DNA of 45,020 bases from a virus (taxonomy: Duplodnaviria > Caudoviricetes), in IMG/VR virus record IMGVR_UViG_3300033508_000421, positions 1 through 45,020 of that record; one strand, 5' to 3'. The translations under genes were made by a program, and so were the position numbers. Under the pieces are notes generated by a model. It saw only the letters and a program-made list of their open reading frames with translations. It was not told the DNA's origin and made no database searches. Position 1 is the first letter of the stretch. Every line of letters begins with the position of its first letter. Below, piece by piece: positions 10,328 to 20,525 of the stretch.

Positions 10328-11562
10328 TAGACATTAGTATTAGTTTTATTTGAATAATTAAAAGTAATAGGGTAAGAATTTAAAATAGATTGTTTAGAAT
10401 CTATCTTTCTATGTTTCTCAGTATCAATTACCAGTGGAATTATTGTTGTACCATCTACTAAATAATGTGTTGAACTTAACATTAAACTTAAAACAATATC
10501 TTCATCCATACTAAAATCAGTATTCACAGTTAAAGATTTTTCAATTTGTCTATTTAATGTTGTTAAACTTCTATTACCATTTGTATAAGTATAATTATTA
10601 CCAACCATTCCCATATTACTCTTTCTATATGTTTGTGTCTTAACACTATAATCTTCCCAGTTTCCATTATTAAATGTTAAACTATCAAAACCACCAACAC
10701 TATTCATATAGAAGATTTGGAATTTATTCAAATATCTTCTACAATCCATATTGAAAGTAACACTTTGAGATATTACTGTTCCACTATCATTCTTAGCATA
10801 CACTCTATAAGATGTTAAACTATCAAAAAAACTATCAGTTAATATTACTGTATGTCCAACACTATTTCTTAATAATGAACCTTTTAAGTTCATTGGACCA
10901 ACTCCTACTTTCATTACTACCTTATCATCTTGGGAACTAAAAGAAAAATCTGAAACTGAATAATTATATTCAGGATTAACTAAATACCATGTTGTTAATG
11001 AACCATTTACATTAAATTCAAAGTTAATAGTTTTAACTAAACTTGAAAAGTGTGCATGTGAATAACCATTAATAAAAGATAAAATATAATAATCAGTTTT
11101 TTGTATGTCTATTTCTCTACCATTACAATCACTTAAAAATTTAGAAGAAGATGAGGACATTGCATAATTGTAAGCACTATTACTATATTCTATATTTCTG
11201 GAAACACCATTTATATTTGTTATTATTCTAGTTGGTGTAATTGCAGCATCATAACTACCATCACTAACATCACCATAATTAACTTTATACCTATAAACCT
11301 CACCATTTGATGTTGTTATTCCAGTTAATGTATGATTGAAATTATAACTAACTTTTGACTTTGAAATTATGTTTGGGTTGAATATACCTAAACCATCTGG
11401 GTTAGGACTTTGTTTTAATGAACTCACAACTCCATCAATATCAATTATATAGTATAGGTAGTAGAAATTTGTTTCACCAGAATATGTTGATCTAATGACT
11501 AATGGGTTTTGGTCATGAACCAAACTTAAATCAGTTATATTTTGAAGAATTGAGATGCTCAT
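10327..11562 (-). CDS. Tail structural protein (distal-tail-like)
   Basis: C-terminal FYMNSVGGFDSLTF...LTVNTDF motif; directly precedes the hub-like gene. Confidence 0.6.
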   Translation of the reverse strand: MSISILQNITDLSLVHDQNPLVIRSTYSGETNFYYLYYIIDIDGVVSSLKQSPNPDGLGIFNPNIISKSKVSYNFNHTLTGITTSNGEVYRYKVNYGDVSDGSYDAAITPTRIITNINGVSRNIEYSNSAYNYAMSSSSSKFLSDCNGREIDIQKTDYYILSFINGYSHAHFSSLVKTINFEFNVNGSLTTWYLVNPEYNYSVSDFSFSSQDDKVVMKVGVGPMNLKGSLLRNSVGHTVILTDSFFDSLTSYRVYAKNDSGTVISQSVTFNMDCRRYLNKFQIFYMNSVGGFDSLTFNNGNWEDYSVKTQTYRKSNMGMVGNNYTYTNGNRSLTTLNRQIEKSLTVNTDFSMDEDIVLSLMLSSTHYLVDGTTIIPLVIDTEKHRKIDSKQSILNSYPITFNYSNKTNTNV

Positions 11563-11578
11563 TTTATGTTATTGTTTT

Positions 11579-12031
11579 TTATATGATGATTGTATCATCA
11601 ATCCATTTACCTACAATTATATATAAGTTTTTTTCTAACTCATTAAGCCTTGTTGGATCATCAAATGAGCCTAAAAATGGTGCTGGGTCTAAACCTTCTA
11701 ATCCAATTTTTGCTCTTACTTTCCCAACAAATTCATCTATATCAGTACCATCAAGAGGTAATCCCCTATGAACAGCCCAACTTTTAATTTCAGTTCTTGT
11801 TGGAAAATTATTTGGTGCTCTACCTTTTTCAACTAATTCAGCATATTCTGGTAATTGTAAAACCCAATTAACAACTGAAACCATATCAGTTGTTGCTGTT
11901 GGATTAGAATTTTTTAATATACCATATAATCTTGATTTTTCTTTATTAGGGTGTGATGCTAAATCAGTAATCATTTGATTAACAGTATCTTTACCATAAG
12001 TATCAATGAGCCTTCTTAATTCTTCAAACAT
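11579..12031 (-). CDS. Putative neck/tail-completion protein
   Basis: YAELVEKGRAPNNFP...IKSWA...KIGLEGLDPAPF motif and its position. Confidence 0.55.
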   Translation of the reverse strand: MFEELRRLIDTYGKDTVNQMITDLASHPNKEKSRLYGILKNSNPTATTDMVSVVNWVLQLPEYAELVEKGRAPNNFPTRTEIKSWAVHRGLPLDGTDIDEFVGKVRAKIGLEGLDPAPFLGSFDDPTRLNELEKNLYIIVGKWIDDTIII

Positions 12032-12040
12032 TTTTAATAA

Positions 12041-12481
12041 TTATTTTATGAATGGAGCATCACAAGAATTATATGCTTCATGAACTTTAATAGTCACCTT
12101 AAACATCCAACCACCTACTTCATCTTGAAACTTATCTACAAATGGTGTCATTTCAACAAATGAATAATCTAAATAATAGTTCTCACTTTTATATTGTAAT
12201 TCACCAATTATATCAGTACCAATAGTTAAACAATTTGAAATTATATTTAATTCATTTATATCACTACTTATTATCTTGTCCATTACTGAAATTATGAAAT
12301 TTAATTCCATTTCACTTCCAACTATTTTTGAAACACCATCACTCAAAAAAACAAGTGGGTAGTTAAATAAGTTTTCTACCATATCTTTTCTTAAATCACC
12401 ATATTGAAACTGATTAACTTGTGCATGACTCATACATACACCACTAATAGAATTAACTATATCTTTAAAACTTATTACCAT
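12041..12481 (-). CDS. Putative tail terminator
   Basis: HAQVNQFQYGD...YPLVFL...TPFVDKFQDEVGGW; size 146 aa; neck-module position. Confidence 0.55.
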   Translation of the reverse strand: MVISFKDIVNSISGVCMSHAQVNQFQYGDLRKDMVENLFNYPLVFLSDGVSKIVGSEMELNFIISVMDKIISSDINELNIISNCLTIGTDIIGELQYKSENYYLDYSFVEMTPFVDKFQDEVGGWMFKVTIKVHEAYNSCDAPFIK

Positions 12482-12734
12482 AGTTCATTGTTATTTTTTC
12501 TAATATCTTGATACACATTAAGATAATAAATCCATCAGCAAGAAAGAATAAAGGTGTAATCCAAATTCCAAGAATTAAACCAACCCAAAACCCAGTACAA
12601 ATAGGACAGTAAATTAAATCTCCAAGAAAATTAGATTTCTTTTTAATCCAACTTCTAATTCCAATAGTAACCATTTCAGTTGAAATTGAATAACTTATTC
12701 CCATACACATTAATATAAATAAAATATAATTCAT
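12465..12734 (-). CDS. Small membrane protein with CxxC motif (DUF1360-like)
   Basis: Hydrophobic helices and LIYCPICTGFWVG. Confidence 0.6.
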   Translation of the reverse strand: MNYILFILMCMGISYSISTEMVTIGIRSWIKKKSNFLGDLIYCPICTGFWVGLILGIWITPLFFLADGFIILMCIKILEKITMNYGNKF

Positions 12735-12749
12735 TTTAATTATTATTTT

Positions 12750-13283
12750 TTAAAGTTGTATTCCACCAAAATAATTTATATTCTTACTTGGTGCCATATT
12801 TTGAACATTTCCATTTGAATCTAACAAAGCCCATTCAGGGTATAATGTATCATTTACTGTTAAATAATTACTTGCTCTTGATAAATAGTGTTGATATTTA
12901 GTATCATATTCTTTTCTAAATAAAGCTACTGTCTGATAAGTAGTTGAATTATTACTAACATTATTATCATTAATACCAACAGCAGCTGGGGTCATCTTGA
13001 AAACCATGAAGGGCACCACATCCCTTAATACTGAATATAATAACATTGGAACTAAATATTCATCTACTAATGTTTTAATTCTTGTAGATATTGTTGTTCC
13101 AGTTAATTTATATTGATAAAGTTCTGATAGAACAATAGTGTATAATTCAGTACCTAATAGATTTTGAAGATCAATATCTTGACTGGAAAGTATTGTTCTA
13201 CTAATAAATTTCTCTTCAACATTATCATAAAGTTCTGAATTGTCCTTAATGTATTGAGCACCAATTATGTATAATTTATTCAT
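12750..13283 (-). CDS. Putative head-tail adaptor
   Basis: QDIDLQNLLGTELY...LVDEYLVPML...YPEW; immediately downstream of the portal. Confidence 0.6.
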   Translation of the reverse strand: MNKLYIIGAQYIKDNSELYDNVEEKFISRTILSSQDIDLQNLLGTELYTIVLSELYQYKLTGTTISTRIKTLVDEYLVPMLLYSVLRDVVPFMVFKMTPAAVGINDNNVSNNSTTYQTVALFRKEYDTKYQHYLSRASNYLTVNDTLYPEWALLDSNGNVQNMAPSKNINYFGGIQL

Positions 13284-13300
13284 TTTTATTTATTTATTTT

Positions 13301-14650
13301 TTAATTATTTGCACTCTTACCAGTATTTGTATTAGGCACATCCTTAGTTTCCTTTTTGTAATCAATCAATATATCTTGTCCTTCCATTGGCTCTTTACCA
13401 ATTTCTTTTCTCATCTCATTGATAGTCAAGATTTTACCTAAAATAGATTCACTCCATACATAATCAATTGGAGCAGAAGTTTCAATAACCATATTTTTAA
13501 GTCCATTCAATGAACCTAATTTATTTATTTCAGTCATTACTTTTATTTGAACTGGTTTTACAACTGAATTATAAAATAATTCAAAAGAATTTACAAGTTC
13601 ATTTGATGTTCCAAGTTGTCCTGCTGCTTTAATGCCGCACAAAAGTGGTGATGTTACTCTGGAAGCTGTAATAATATTCTGTAACACCATGTCATTCAAC
13701 AAGATAAACTGAGCATCTAAATCATTTGCATTAAGTTGTTCTATTGTTGCTTCATTTTCTTTTGTATCATTAAATAATAGTAAAAACTTACCAGCATTAA
13801 AAGTTCCTGTTAATGTATCTTCTATCTTCTTTTTTATTTCTGCTCTTTGAGTTTCTGGTGGAACACCCTGGTTCATTTGTATTAATAATGAAGGAGATAA
13901 TCCGTTCTGGAGATTGCTCATGTGAAATCTTGAAATCATTCCATCAATTTTAATCCAGTTCATTGCTGAATACCATTCAGGTAGTGGGTAATAGAAATTA
14001 CCAGACCTATAAGGAACAATAGGTAATAATGATTTTGATTTAAAATCATGATTTTTAAAATCAAATCTTGGAATCATTTCAGGTTTATATTCATCTTTTC
14101 TATATTGATGCCAATCTGCTGAAAACCAATATTTTTTAATAATACCAGTTTGCTCACATTTATTAACCCTAACCCTATCAGTTGGAATATGATAAATTTC
14201 TAACTTACCACCCTTTGTAATTCCAGGTTGAATATAAGAAGAACCAAATACATAGTAATCAAGAAAAACTTTATCAAGAACATCCATCAAACTTTCACCA
14301 TTTGAATTTGCTTTATCAATAAAATCTTGGGTAGGTCTATGTTTATTAGAAGATAAAAAAGAAAATAAACCTTTCTTATCAGGTTCAATCATTATACTCT
14401 TACCTTTACTCATTTCCTTTTTAGTTATGGTAATAGAATTATGTATTGGTGAATTATTAAAACCATTTATTAATTCATCTGAAAATAAATTATCTTTATC
14501 CCATTTAACCCAATCTGTTGTTGGTTGTTCCAAAATATAAGGTTGATAAACTTCACTCATCTTAAAACCTTCTAAATTCATAATAGGTTCTTGTGTTTTA
14601 GTATCAACTGGTTTTGTTGGTGCTACTATTGGTTTTACTTGTTTTGCCAT
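13301..14650 (-). CDS. Portal protein
   Basis: SPIHNSII, DYYVFG, YYPLPEW, NLQNGLSPS, GTFNAGK, VTSPLLCGIK, LTINEMRKEIG (HK97-type portal features). Confidence 0.9.
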   Translation of the reverse strand: MAKQVKPIVAPTKPVDTKTQEPIMNLEGFKMSEVYQPYILEQPTTDWVKWDKDNLFSDELINGFNNSPIHNSITITKKEMSKGKSIMIEPDKKGLFSFLSSNKHRPTQDFIDKANSNGESLMDVLDKVFLDYYVFGSSYIQPGITKGGKLEIYHIPTDRVRVNKCEQTGIIKKYWFSADWHQYRKDEYKPEMIPRFDFKNHDFKSKSLLPIVPYRSGNFYYPLPEWYSAMNWIKIDGMISRFHMSNLQNGLSPSLLIQMNQGVPPETQRAEIKKKIEDTLTGTFNAGKFLLLFNDTKENEATIEQLNANDLDAQFILLNDMVLQNIITASRVTSPLLCGIKAAGQLGTSNELVNSFELFYNSVVKPVQIKVMTEINKLGSLNGLKNMVIETSAPIDYVWSESILGKILTINEMRKEIGKEPMEGQDILIDYKKETKDVPNTNTGKSANN

Positions 14651-14660
14651 TTTAAATTAT

Positions 14661-14990
14661 TTATTTTAAATATACCAGAAATTCTGGTAAGTAATTTATG
14701 TATATTGGTAAAGATAATTTATCTCCAATCACTTTACATATTCCATTATCTTTTACTTCCCCATTAAATAAAAACTCATAAAAGTATTGACCTGGTTCAA
14801 GTAATGATGTGAAACCTGTAATTGAAAATTCAGTATATCTTAATGTACCTGATATTATATCAGTTAATGGGTAGTTTTCACTAGTATTATTTGACTTATC
14901 TACCAGTTTTAATGTGGTTGTACCAGTTACACCAGAATAATCACCATTAAAAACTAGTGAAACTGTCATGTCAATATCAATTATTATCAT
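14661..14990 (-). CDS. Small beta-rich structural protein
   Basis: In the operon before the portal; LEPGQYFYE...DNGICKV; TATATATAA box upstream. Confidence 0.6.
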   Translation of the reverse strand: MIIIDIDMTVSLVFNGDYSGVTGTTTLKLVDKSNNTSENYPLTDIISGTLRYTEFSITGFTSLLEPGQYFYEFLFNGEVKDNGICKVIGDKLSLPIYINYLPEFLVYLK

Positions 14991-15047
14991 ATTTGTATGT
15001 TATTTGTTTTAATTTCTATTATTATATATAATTTTTATATGATTTAA

Positions 15048-15349
15048 CTAAACCTTTTTCATCTGAGCTACTTCCAATTTGGAACTTTGTATTTGATATA
15101 CCACCATATTCAAAAATTCAAAAGCAGGTTTAGCCATCCATATATCTATTTGTCTAATATCTTTATTTGTTATTTGATATAAGTTATGTAAGAAACCCCA
15201 ATTCCCATAAAAATCATCTTCAAAATTAGAAATTTGTTTATTTTGTGCTTTTGTGAAAGCATCTTCTGCTTCTACATCTTCTTCATTTTGTTTGAAGAGT
15301 ACTTGTTTATAAGGGTCAAGAACACCAGTCGCAAGTTTAGAAAAAAAAA
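15048..15349 (-). CDS. -1 frameshift extension of the tail assembly chaperone (gpGT-like); absent from the ORF track
   Basis: A T9 slippery run (15341-15349) opens a -1 frame FSKLATGVLDPYKQ...FYGNWGFLHNLYQITNKDI...MKKV that stops at 15048. Confidence 0.75.
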
Positions 15350-15853
15350 CACTGCACCAAAAACTTTATCAGTGGTTAGTTTCTTTAAGAATAATTCTTT
15401 TCTTTTTTCAGTATCAGCAGTTGCATAATCATCAACTCTTTTACCATCTACAACTGGTCTATAAAAAATTGCTAAAATCATAGGTAGATTATCATATAAT
15501 TTCTTTTCATCTTTTGTTAAAGCATGCAAATCAATAAATTCCCCAGTTTTTACTTCACTTGGGTTTTTAATAGTTTTATATTCAACTCCATCAATCTTGA
15601 AAGATTCTGGAACATCATTGTTTGGAAGTTCTTGTAAGAAAGTTAATTTTCTTTGAATATCAATAAACATACTGATTTCATTATATTTAATATCATCAAC
15701 AGGTATTTCAGTTAATACTGAAAGTATTTCTATTGTCTTAAACATTTCATTATCATATTCTTTGTTAATGATCTTAACAAGTCCAAGATATTTTTCTAAA
15801 TTAATATCTTTCAAACTTTCTGGTAGTTTGTATTCTTTATTGTTTATTTTCAT
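15272..15853 (-). CDS. Tail assembly chaperone (gpG-like); likely start 15853
   Basis: MKINNKEYKLPESLKDINLEKY...GEFIDL...ILAIFYRPV...GAVFFF, followed by a slippery site. Confidence 0.75.
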   Translation of the reverse strand: MKINNKEYKLPESLKDINLEKYLGLVKIINKEYDNEMFKTIEILSVLTEIPVDDIKYNEISMFIDIQRKLTFLQELPNNDVPESFKIDGVEYKTIKNPSEVKTGEFIDLHALTKDEKKLYDNLPMILAIFYRPVVDGKRVDDYATADTEKRKELFLKKLTTDKVFGAVFFFLNLRLVFLTLINKYSSNKMKKM

Positions 15854-15855
15854 AT

Positions 15856-17097
15856 TTACATCATTGTATAATTTCCTAACATTGCATGTTTTCTTACACT
15901 TTGCCAAGCAAAACATAAACTTAATACATGGTCATCAAATTTATTTTCTTCTGCTCCATATTTAATTTTATTACCGGCTGGTGTTCTTTTAAAACTAAAA
16001 CTATTTAATTCATTGTATAATGCTTCATACAAAGTTTTATGTGGAAGTATCATTATTTTCTTTTCAAGTGCAAATTTCAAGTTTTCAACCAAATCATTTT
16101 TCCTATCATTTGTTGTATAGAAACCATCTACTCTTGGGAATTGTTTTCTAATCTGATCCACCAATACATCACCTTGTGCATTACTCTCAGCATAACAATG
16201 AAACACCCTATATCTTTTTAATATCTTTACTACATTATCTACAATTTCATCCCAACCCATTCCAACTTCACTTTTCCAAATATAACAAACTCTACCATTA
16301 TCATCTACAACAGTAACTACTGTTGCATCATTTCTTCTACCAAAATCCACACCAGCATGAAACCTTACACCATAAATTGGCTGAACCCATTCCATTAAAG
16401 TAGAACAAGCATCTACATTTCTAAATACACCAAGATTAACATCTAAAAATTCAGCCATATATTCTTGTCTGAATACATCAACAGGTAATTCCTTTCTTGC
16501 ATTTTCTATTTCTTCTAAATCAACATAAGGTGATTCAGTATAAGCACCTGAATAATAGCCATAAGTAGGGTACTTATCAGATTTACCTCTTAATGCAAAA
16601 TCATAAAATAAATTTCTACCATTTGGTGTTGATATTAAATATATCTGGGGATCAGGCTGTGCAAGAGTAGTTGGTCTAATTACTTTATTCCAAGTATCAT
16701 CTAAATTTGGAAAGAATGCAACCTCATCTAAAAATACAACCCTATTACTTAAACCCCTGATACTCTTAACATTATCTGCTCCTCTGAATCTAATTATACT
16801 TCCATTCTTGAAAGTAATCTTCATATCTTGTTTATTAGAAGATTTATAAAATGGTTCATCTTGTATTAAATCTACAATATCCTCCATTACCATACGCGAA
16901 TTGGAAAGGTACTGTGAAACCCAAAGCATAGGGTAAGCAACTTTTCTTGTTGCCCAATGAATTACTAACATCTTGAACATGAATGACTTCCCCCATTGTC
17001 TTGGCATAATAATGGTGAAATGCCTGACACCTTTTTCAAAATCAGATTGTATCTCATTCCATACTCTTAATTGACCTGGGTGAAACTTTGCTCTCAT
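15856..17097 (-). CDS. terL: Terminase large subunit
   Basis: Walker A MPRQWGKS, Walker B VFLDEVA, ISTPNG coupling motif, nuclease GVDFGRRND and DDHVLSLCFA. Confidence 0.95.
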   Translation of the reverse strand: MRAKFHPGQLRVWNEIQSDFEKGVRHFTIIMPRQWGKSFMFKMLVIHWATRKVAYPMLWVSQYLSNSRMVMEDIVDLIQDEPFYKSSNKQDMKITFKNGSIIRFRGADNVKSIRGLSNRVVFLDEVAFFPNLDDTWNKVIRPTTLAQPDPQIYLISTPNGRNLFYDFALRGKSDKYPTYGYYSGAYTESPYVDLEEIENARKELPVDVFRQEYMAEFLDVNLGVFRNVDACSTLMEWVQPIYGVRFHAGVDFGRRNDATVVTVVDDNGRVCYIWKSEVGMGWDEIVDNVVKILKRYRVFHCYAESNAQGDVLVDQIRKQFPRVDGFYTTNDRKNDLVENLKFALEKKIMILPHKTLYEALYNELNSFSFKRTPAGNKIKYGAEENKFDDHVLSLCFAWQSVRKHAMLGNYTMM

Positions 17098-17123
17098 AAA
17101 AGTTATATATTAAAATAAGTAGG

Positions 17124-20100
17124 TCATTCTACTCCACCATAAATATAAACATTATCACTTGTACTATTTGAATGCCAAGAAGGTGCCATAGAATCAGAAT
17201 AATAAACACGTGCTGTAACTGAAACACCTACTGGGTTTGTGCCTGTTGTTGCACTTCTATAAGCATGAATACCATATGAAACACTGATTGTTGCACTACC
17301 ACCAGGTGCTATATTTGTATATGACATTGAACTATAAGGAGTTGTTTGGTATGCGTGTCCAAGATATGTAAATGCATAAGCATTTATTATATTATTTACA
17401 TGTACTTGATAAGCAGTTAATTGACCAATATTAGTAACATTAATACTACAACTACCAGCACCAATAGTTCTACTATTTATTCTTATATTAGCTGGAATAT
17501 AAATAACATCTACATTATGATTAACTTCATCCCATAACACATTACTATCATCATATAATTTTATATTTATTACTTTATTTCCTAAATCTGAAAAACTATT
17601 TGTATATGTCCAAGTGTAACTATTACCATGTGTTATACCAGTTGTTGTTCCTGTAAAAGAATAATTGGTATAACCACTACAACTAACTACCACATAAAAA
17701 TTATCAGTTATGTTTGTATTTGAAACAGTTATATTAAGTGGGAAATTTGTAATATAATAACCAGTATTAGGTGTAACAGTTTCAATATGAACATATTGCC
17801 AAGTTAATGAACTTGATACATTTGAATAATTAGAATATGTTGTTCCACTTGATCTTACTCTAAAATAATATAGTGTATTCATTGTTAATCCACTAACTAA
17901 ATAATAAGTTGCACCACTACTTGTTGTATAAATATCAGTATAATTCATTTCATCAGTTGAAATTTCTATATGAACATAACCAGGTGTTACATCATTAAAA
18001 CTCCAATTTAATTCTACTTCATTTAATGAAATTGAATTGGTAGTTAATGATATATCTTGTAATGTATAACCACTTACTATGTTAGATTTTGTTGAACCAC
18101 TACTTGTAAATACTTTAAAATAATATAATGTATTATTAGTTAAACCACTAACTTGATATGAAGTTGCACCACTTTCAGTAATTGCAACTGTTGTAAAATT
18201 AACACTATCAATTGATTTCTTAACTGTAACATAATCTAATGGGTTATTTACATAATCCCAACTTAAATTTACAGTATTAAAAGAAACACTATCTATTTCA
18301 AGTGAAATATCTTGTAAAGTGATTGTTCTTCCACTTCCATTATTCCATATTAAATCAATTTGTTTTGGTGCAACTACTTTATCAAACATACCAATCTCAT
18401 CTATTTTTTTATTTAAATAACTATTCCATCCTTCATAACCAATTCTAAATGGTGCTGTATTTACAATTGATCCATTTAAATTATTACCATAATATATTAA
18501 TGGTATTAATACATTATTAAAATATATTTTCATACCATTATTAGTATTACTACCATCATAAGTAAATACTACATTATTCCATTTATTATCAATTCCTGTA
18601 AAATTAGAATAAATATAATTATAAGTAGTACTAACTTTTAATTCACCATTATTCCCATCCCAAAACACCATATATATTTGATTATTACCATAATATATGG
18701 TGTAACCTTTATTGAAACCACTTAAAAATTTATTTAAAATACCATAAGTAGTATTATACCCAAACCAACCATAAATCCATAATGATATTGAAAATGAATT
18801 AGTTTTTTCATAACTAAACATAGTTGAAGTACCATCTAATGTTTTATTACCATTCAAATCAATAGAATTGTTTATCAATCCAGTAGTTAATACACCACCA
18901 TTATTTGTTAAATCATTATTACCAATATTATCATATACAATTGTACCATCAATAGTATCACATTTATAATAAGATACTAAACCATCAAATATCCAAGGAT
19001 CAGTTTGACCACTAAATACATTTGAGAATTCTGAATATAAAGTACCATTATAATTTCTTATTTTAAAATAATAAATTGTATTATGTTCAAGTGAATAGAT
19101 AGTATGTGTTGTAGTTCCACTATCTACTGTATCTACTAAACCATATACAATATCATCAAATGAATAATATATTTCTATTATTTCATTATTAATATATGAA
19201 TAATTCCAACTTAAATTTATACTTGAATCATCAACAGTACTACCTGTTAATATTGGTAATGGTGGGCCACCCCAACTAACTGGAATATATTCCCAATTTG
19301 TTAAGCCACTATCATACTGAAAACAACCTGTACCTGATGCACTTGGAAAATCTAACCATATAGAATCAGTATAACCACTTAAACTAATATTTCCATTAAA
19401 AGTATATTCAAAATTATTTACATTTACACAATTATCAAATAATCCAGTTGGTAATGATGTTAAATTCCAACACCAAGAAAAACAATCTTGGAAAGAAGTT
19501 ACATTTATAAGAGTATCAAATAGTCCAGAAGGTATAGAAGTTAATTCAGTTGCATAAAGAAAACAATCATACATATAAATTACATTAACATTATACTTAA
19601 ATAAATCATCTGGAATTGTTTTAATTCCACCAAAGTTTCCATCATTATAATTATAAAAAGTAGAATTAAAATTATTAACAAGAATATTCTTATCAAATAG
19701 TCCAGAAGGAATAGTTATTAAAGAAGCACAGTTTTTAAATGTTGCATAAAAATCAGTTAGATAAATTAAATTATCAAATAAACCATAAGGTATAAATGTT
19801 AAAGAAGTACAATTAGCAAACATTTGTTCTACTGTAATTACACTTGATTTTGTTATATTATCAAATAGTCCAGAAGGAATAGAAATTAATGAAGAACAAC
19901 CTATAAAAACCTCAGCCAACCATTCTATATTTGACCAACTTCCTAATGTATCAGTTGGTATTTCAGTTAAATTATAACACCCACCAAAGTTAAAATAATA
20001 ACAATTTGTTAATCCCCAACTCACTACTTTTGTAAGAAGTGGTTTTAAAGAACTACCTAATGCAGCACTTGTATTAAACTTTTGACAAGTTCCATAAATC

Positions 20101-20525
20101 TTAACTTGATAAGTTCCAACATCATAAGTATGTGATGCTCTTGTATCACTATAACCAGTAACAGCATTTATACTACCATCACCCCATAATACACTAAAAT
20201 TATAAACCTCAGTATTGGAATTATCTTCCAAAGGTAATTGTAAAGTAGTTCCACTTACAGTTACATTTATATCAAATACCATTGGTGGTGGAGGGCCACC
20301 CCAACTAACTGGAATATCCCAATAATTTGTTACACTAACATCATTCCTAAAACAATCAGTTCCATCTGCTGTTGGAAAATCAACCCAAAATTCTGGAACA
20401 TAACCACTTAAAGAAGTACATCCTTCAAATGAAGATATAAAAGAAACCATTGGTGTTAAACCACTATATGTATCAACTGGTATTGATGTTAAATTAGTAC
20501 AACCCCTTAAATTTATTTTATACAT
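17124..20525 (-). CDS. Large adhesin-like virion protein: PKD-like, BspA-like LRRs, FN3 repeats, LamG and Ig-like domains
   Basis: Repeated FxxCxxLTSIPSGLFD LRRs, VLWGDGS...HTY (PKD), LSWxY...GLTxNTLYYFKV (FN3, 3 copies), LamG core. Confidence 0.8.
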   Translation of the reverse strand: MYKINLRGCTNLTSIPVDTYSGLTPMVSFISSFEGCTSLSGYVPEFWVDFPTADGTDCFRNDVSVTNYWDIPVSWGGPPPPMVFDINVTVSGTTLQLPLEDNSNTEVYNFSVLWGDGSINAVTGYSDTRASHTYDVGTYQVKIYGTCQKFNTSAALGSSLKPLLTKVVSWGLTNCYYFNFGGCYNLTEIPTDTLGSWSNIEWLAEVFIGCSSLISIPSGLFDNITKSSVITVEQMFANCTSLTFIPYGLFDNLIYLTDFYATFKNCASLITIPSGLFDKNILVNNFNSTFYNYNDGNFGGIKTIPDDLFKYNVNVIYMYDCFLYATELTSIPSGLFDTLINVTSFQDCFSWCWNLTSLPTGLFDNCVNVNNFEYTFNGNISLSGYTDSIWLDFPSASGTGCFQYDSGLTNWEYIPVSWGGPPLPILTGSTVDDSSINLSWNYSYINNEIIEIYYSFDDIVYGLVDTVDSGTTTHTIYSLEHNTIYYFKIRNYNGTLYSEFSNVFSGQTDPWIFDGLVSYYKCDTIDGTIVYDNIGNNDLTNNGGVLTTGLINNSIDLNGNKTLDGTSTMFSYEKTNSFSISLWIYGWFGYNTTYGILNKFLSGFNKGYTIYYGNNQIYMVFWDGNNGELKVSTTYNYIYSNFTGIDNKWNNVVFTYDGSNTNNGMKIYFNNVLIPLIYYGNNLNGSIVNTAPFRIGYEGWNSYLNKKIDEIGMFDKVVAPKQIDLIWNNGSGRTITLQDISLEIDSVSFNTVNLSWDYVNNPLDYVTVKKSIDSVNFTTVAITESGATSYQVSGLTNNTLYYFKVFTSSGSTKSNIVSGYTLQDISLTTNSISLNEVELNWSFNDVTPGYVHIEISTDEMNYTDIYTTSSGATYYLVSGLTMNTLYYFRVRSSGTTYSNYSNVSSSLTWQYVHIETVTPNTGYYITNFPLNITVSNTNITDNFYVVVSCSGYTNYSFTGTTTGITHGNSYTWTYTNSFSDLGNKVINIKLYDDSNVLWDEVNHNVDVIYIPANIRINSRTIGAGSCSINVTNIGQLTAYQVHVNNIINAYAFTYLGHAYQTTPYSSMSYTNIAPGGSATISVSYGIHAYRSATTGTNPVGVSVTARVYYSDSMAPSWHSNSTSDNVYIYGGVE

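Noticed and set aside
19264-20317. Diversity-generating retroelement TR/VR pair (25-bp repeat at 19264-88 and 20293-317)
   Set aside because: Both copies are in-frame coding duplicates (IPVSWGGP) without adenine-specific differences, and no reverse transcriptase is encoded.
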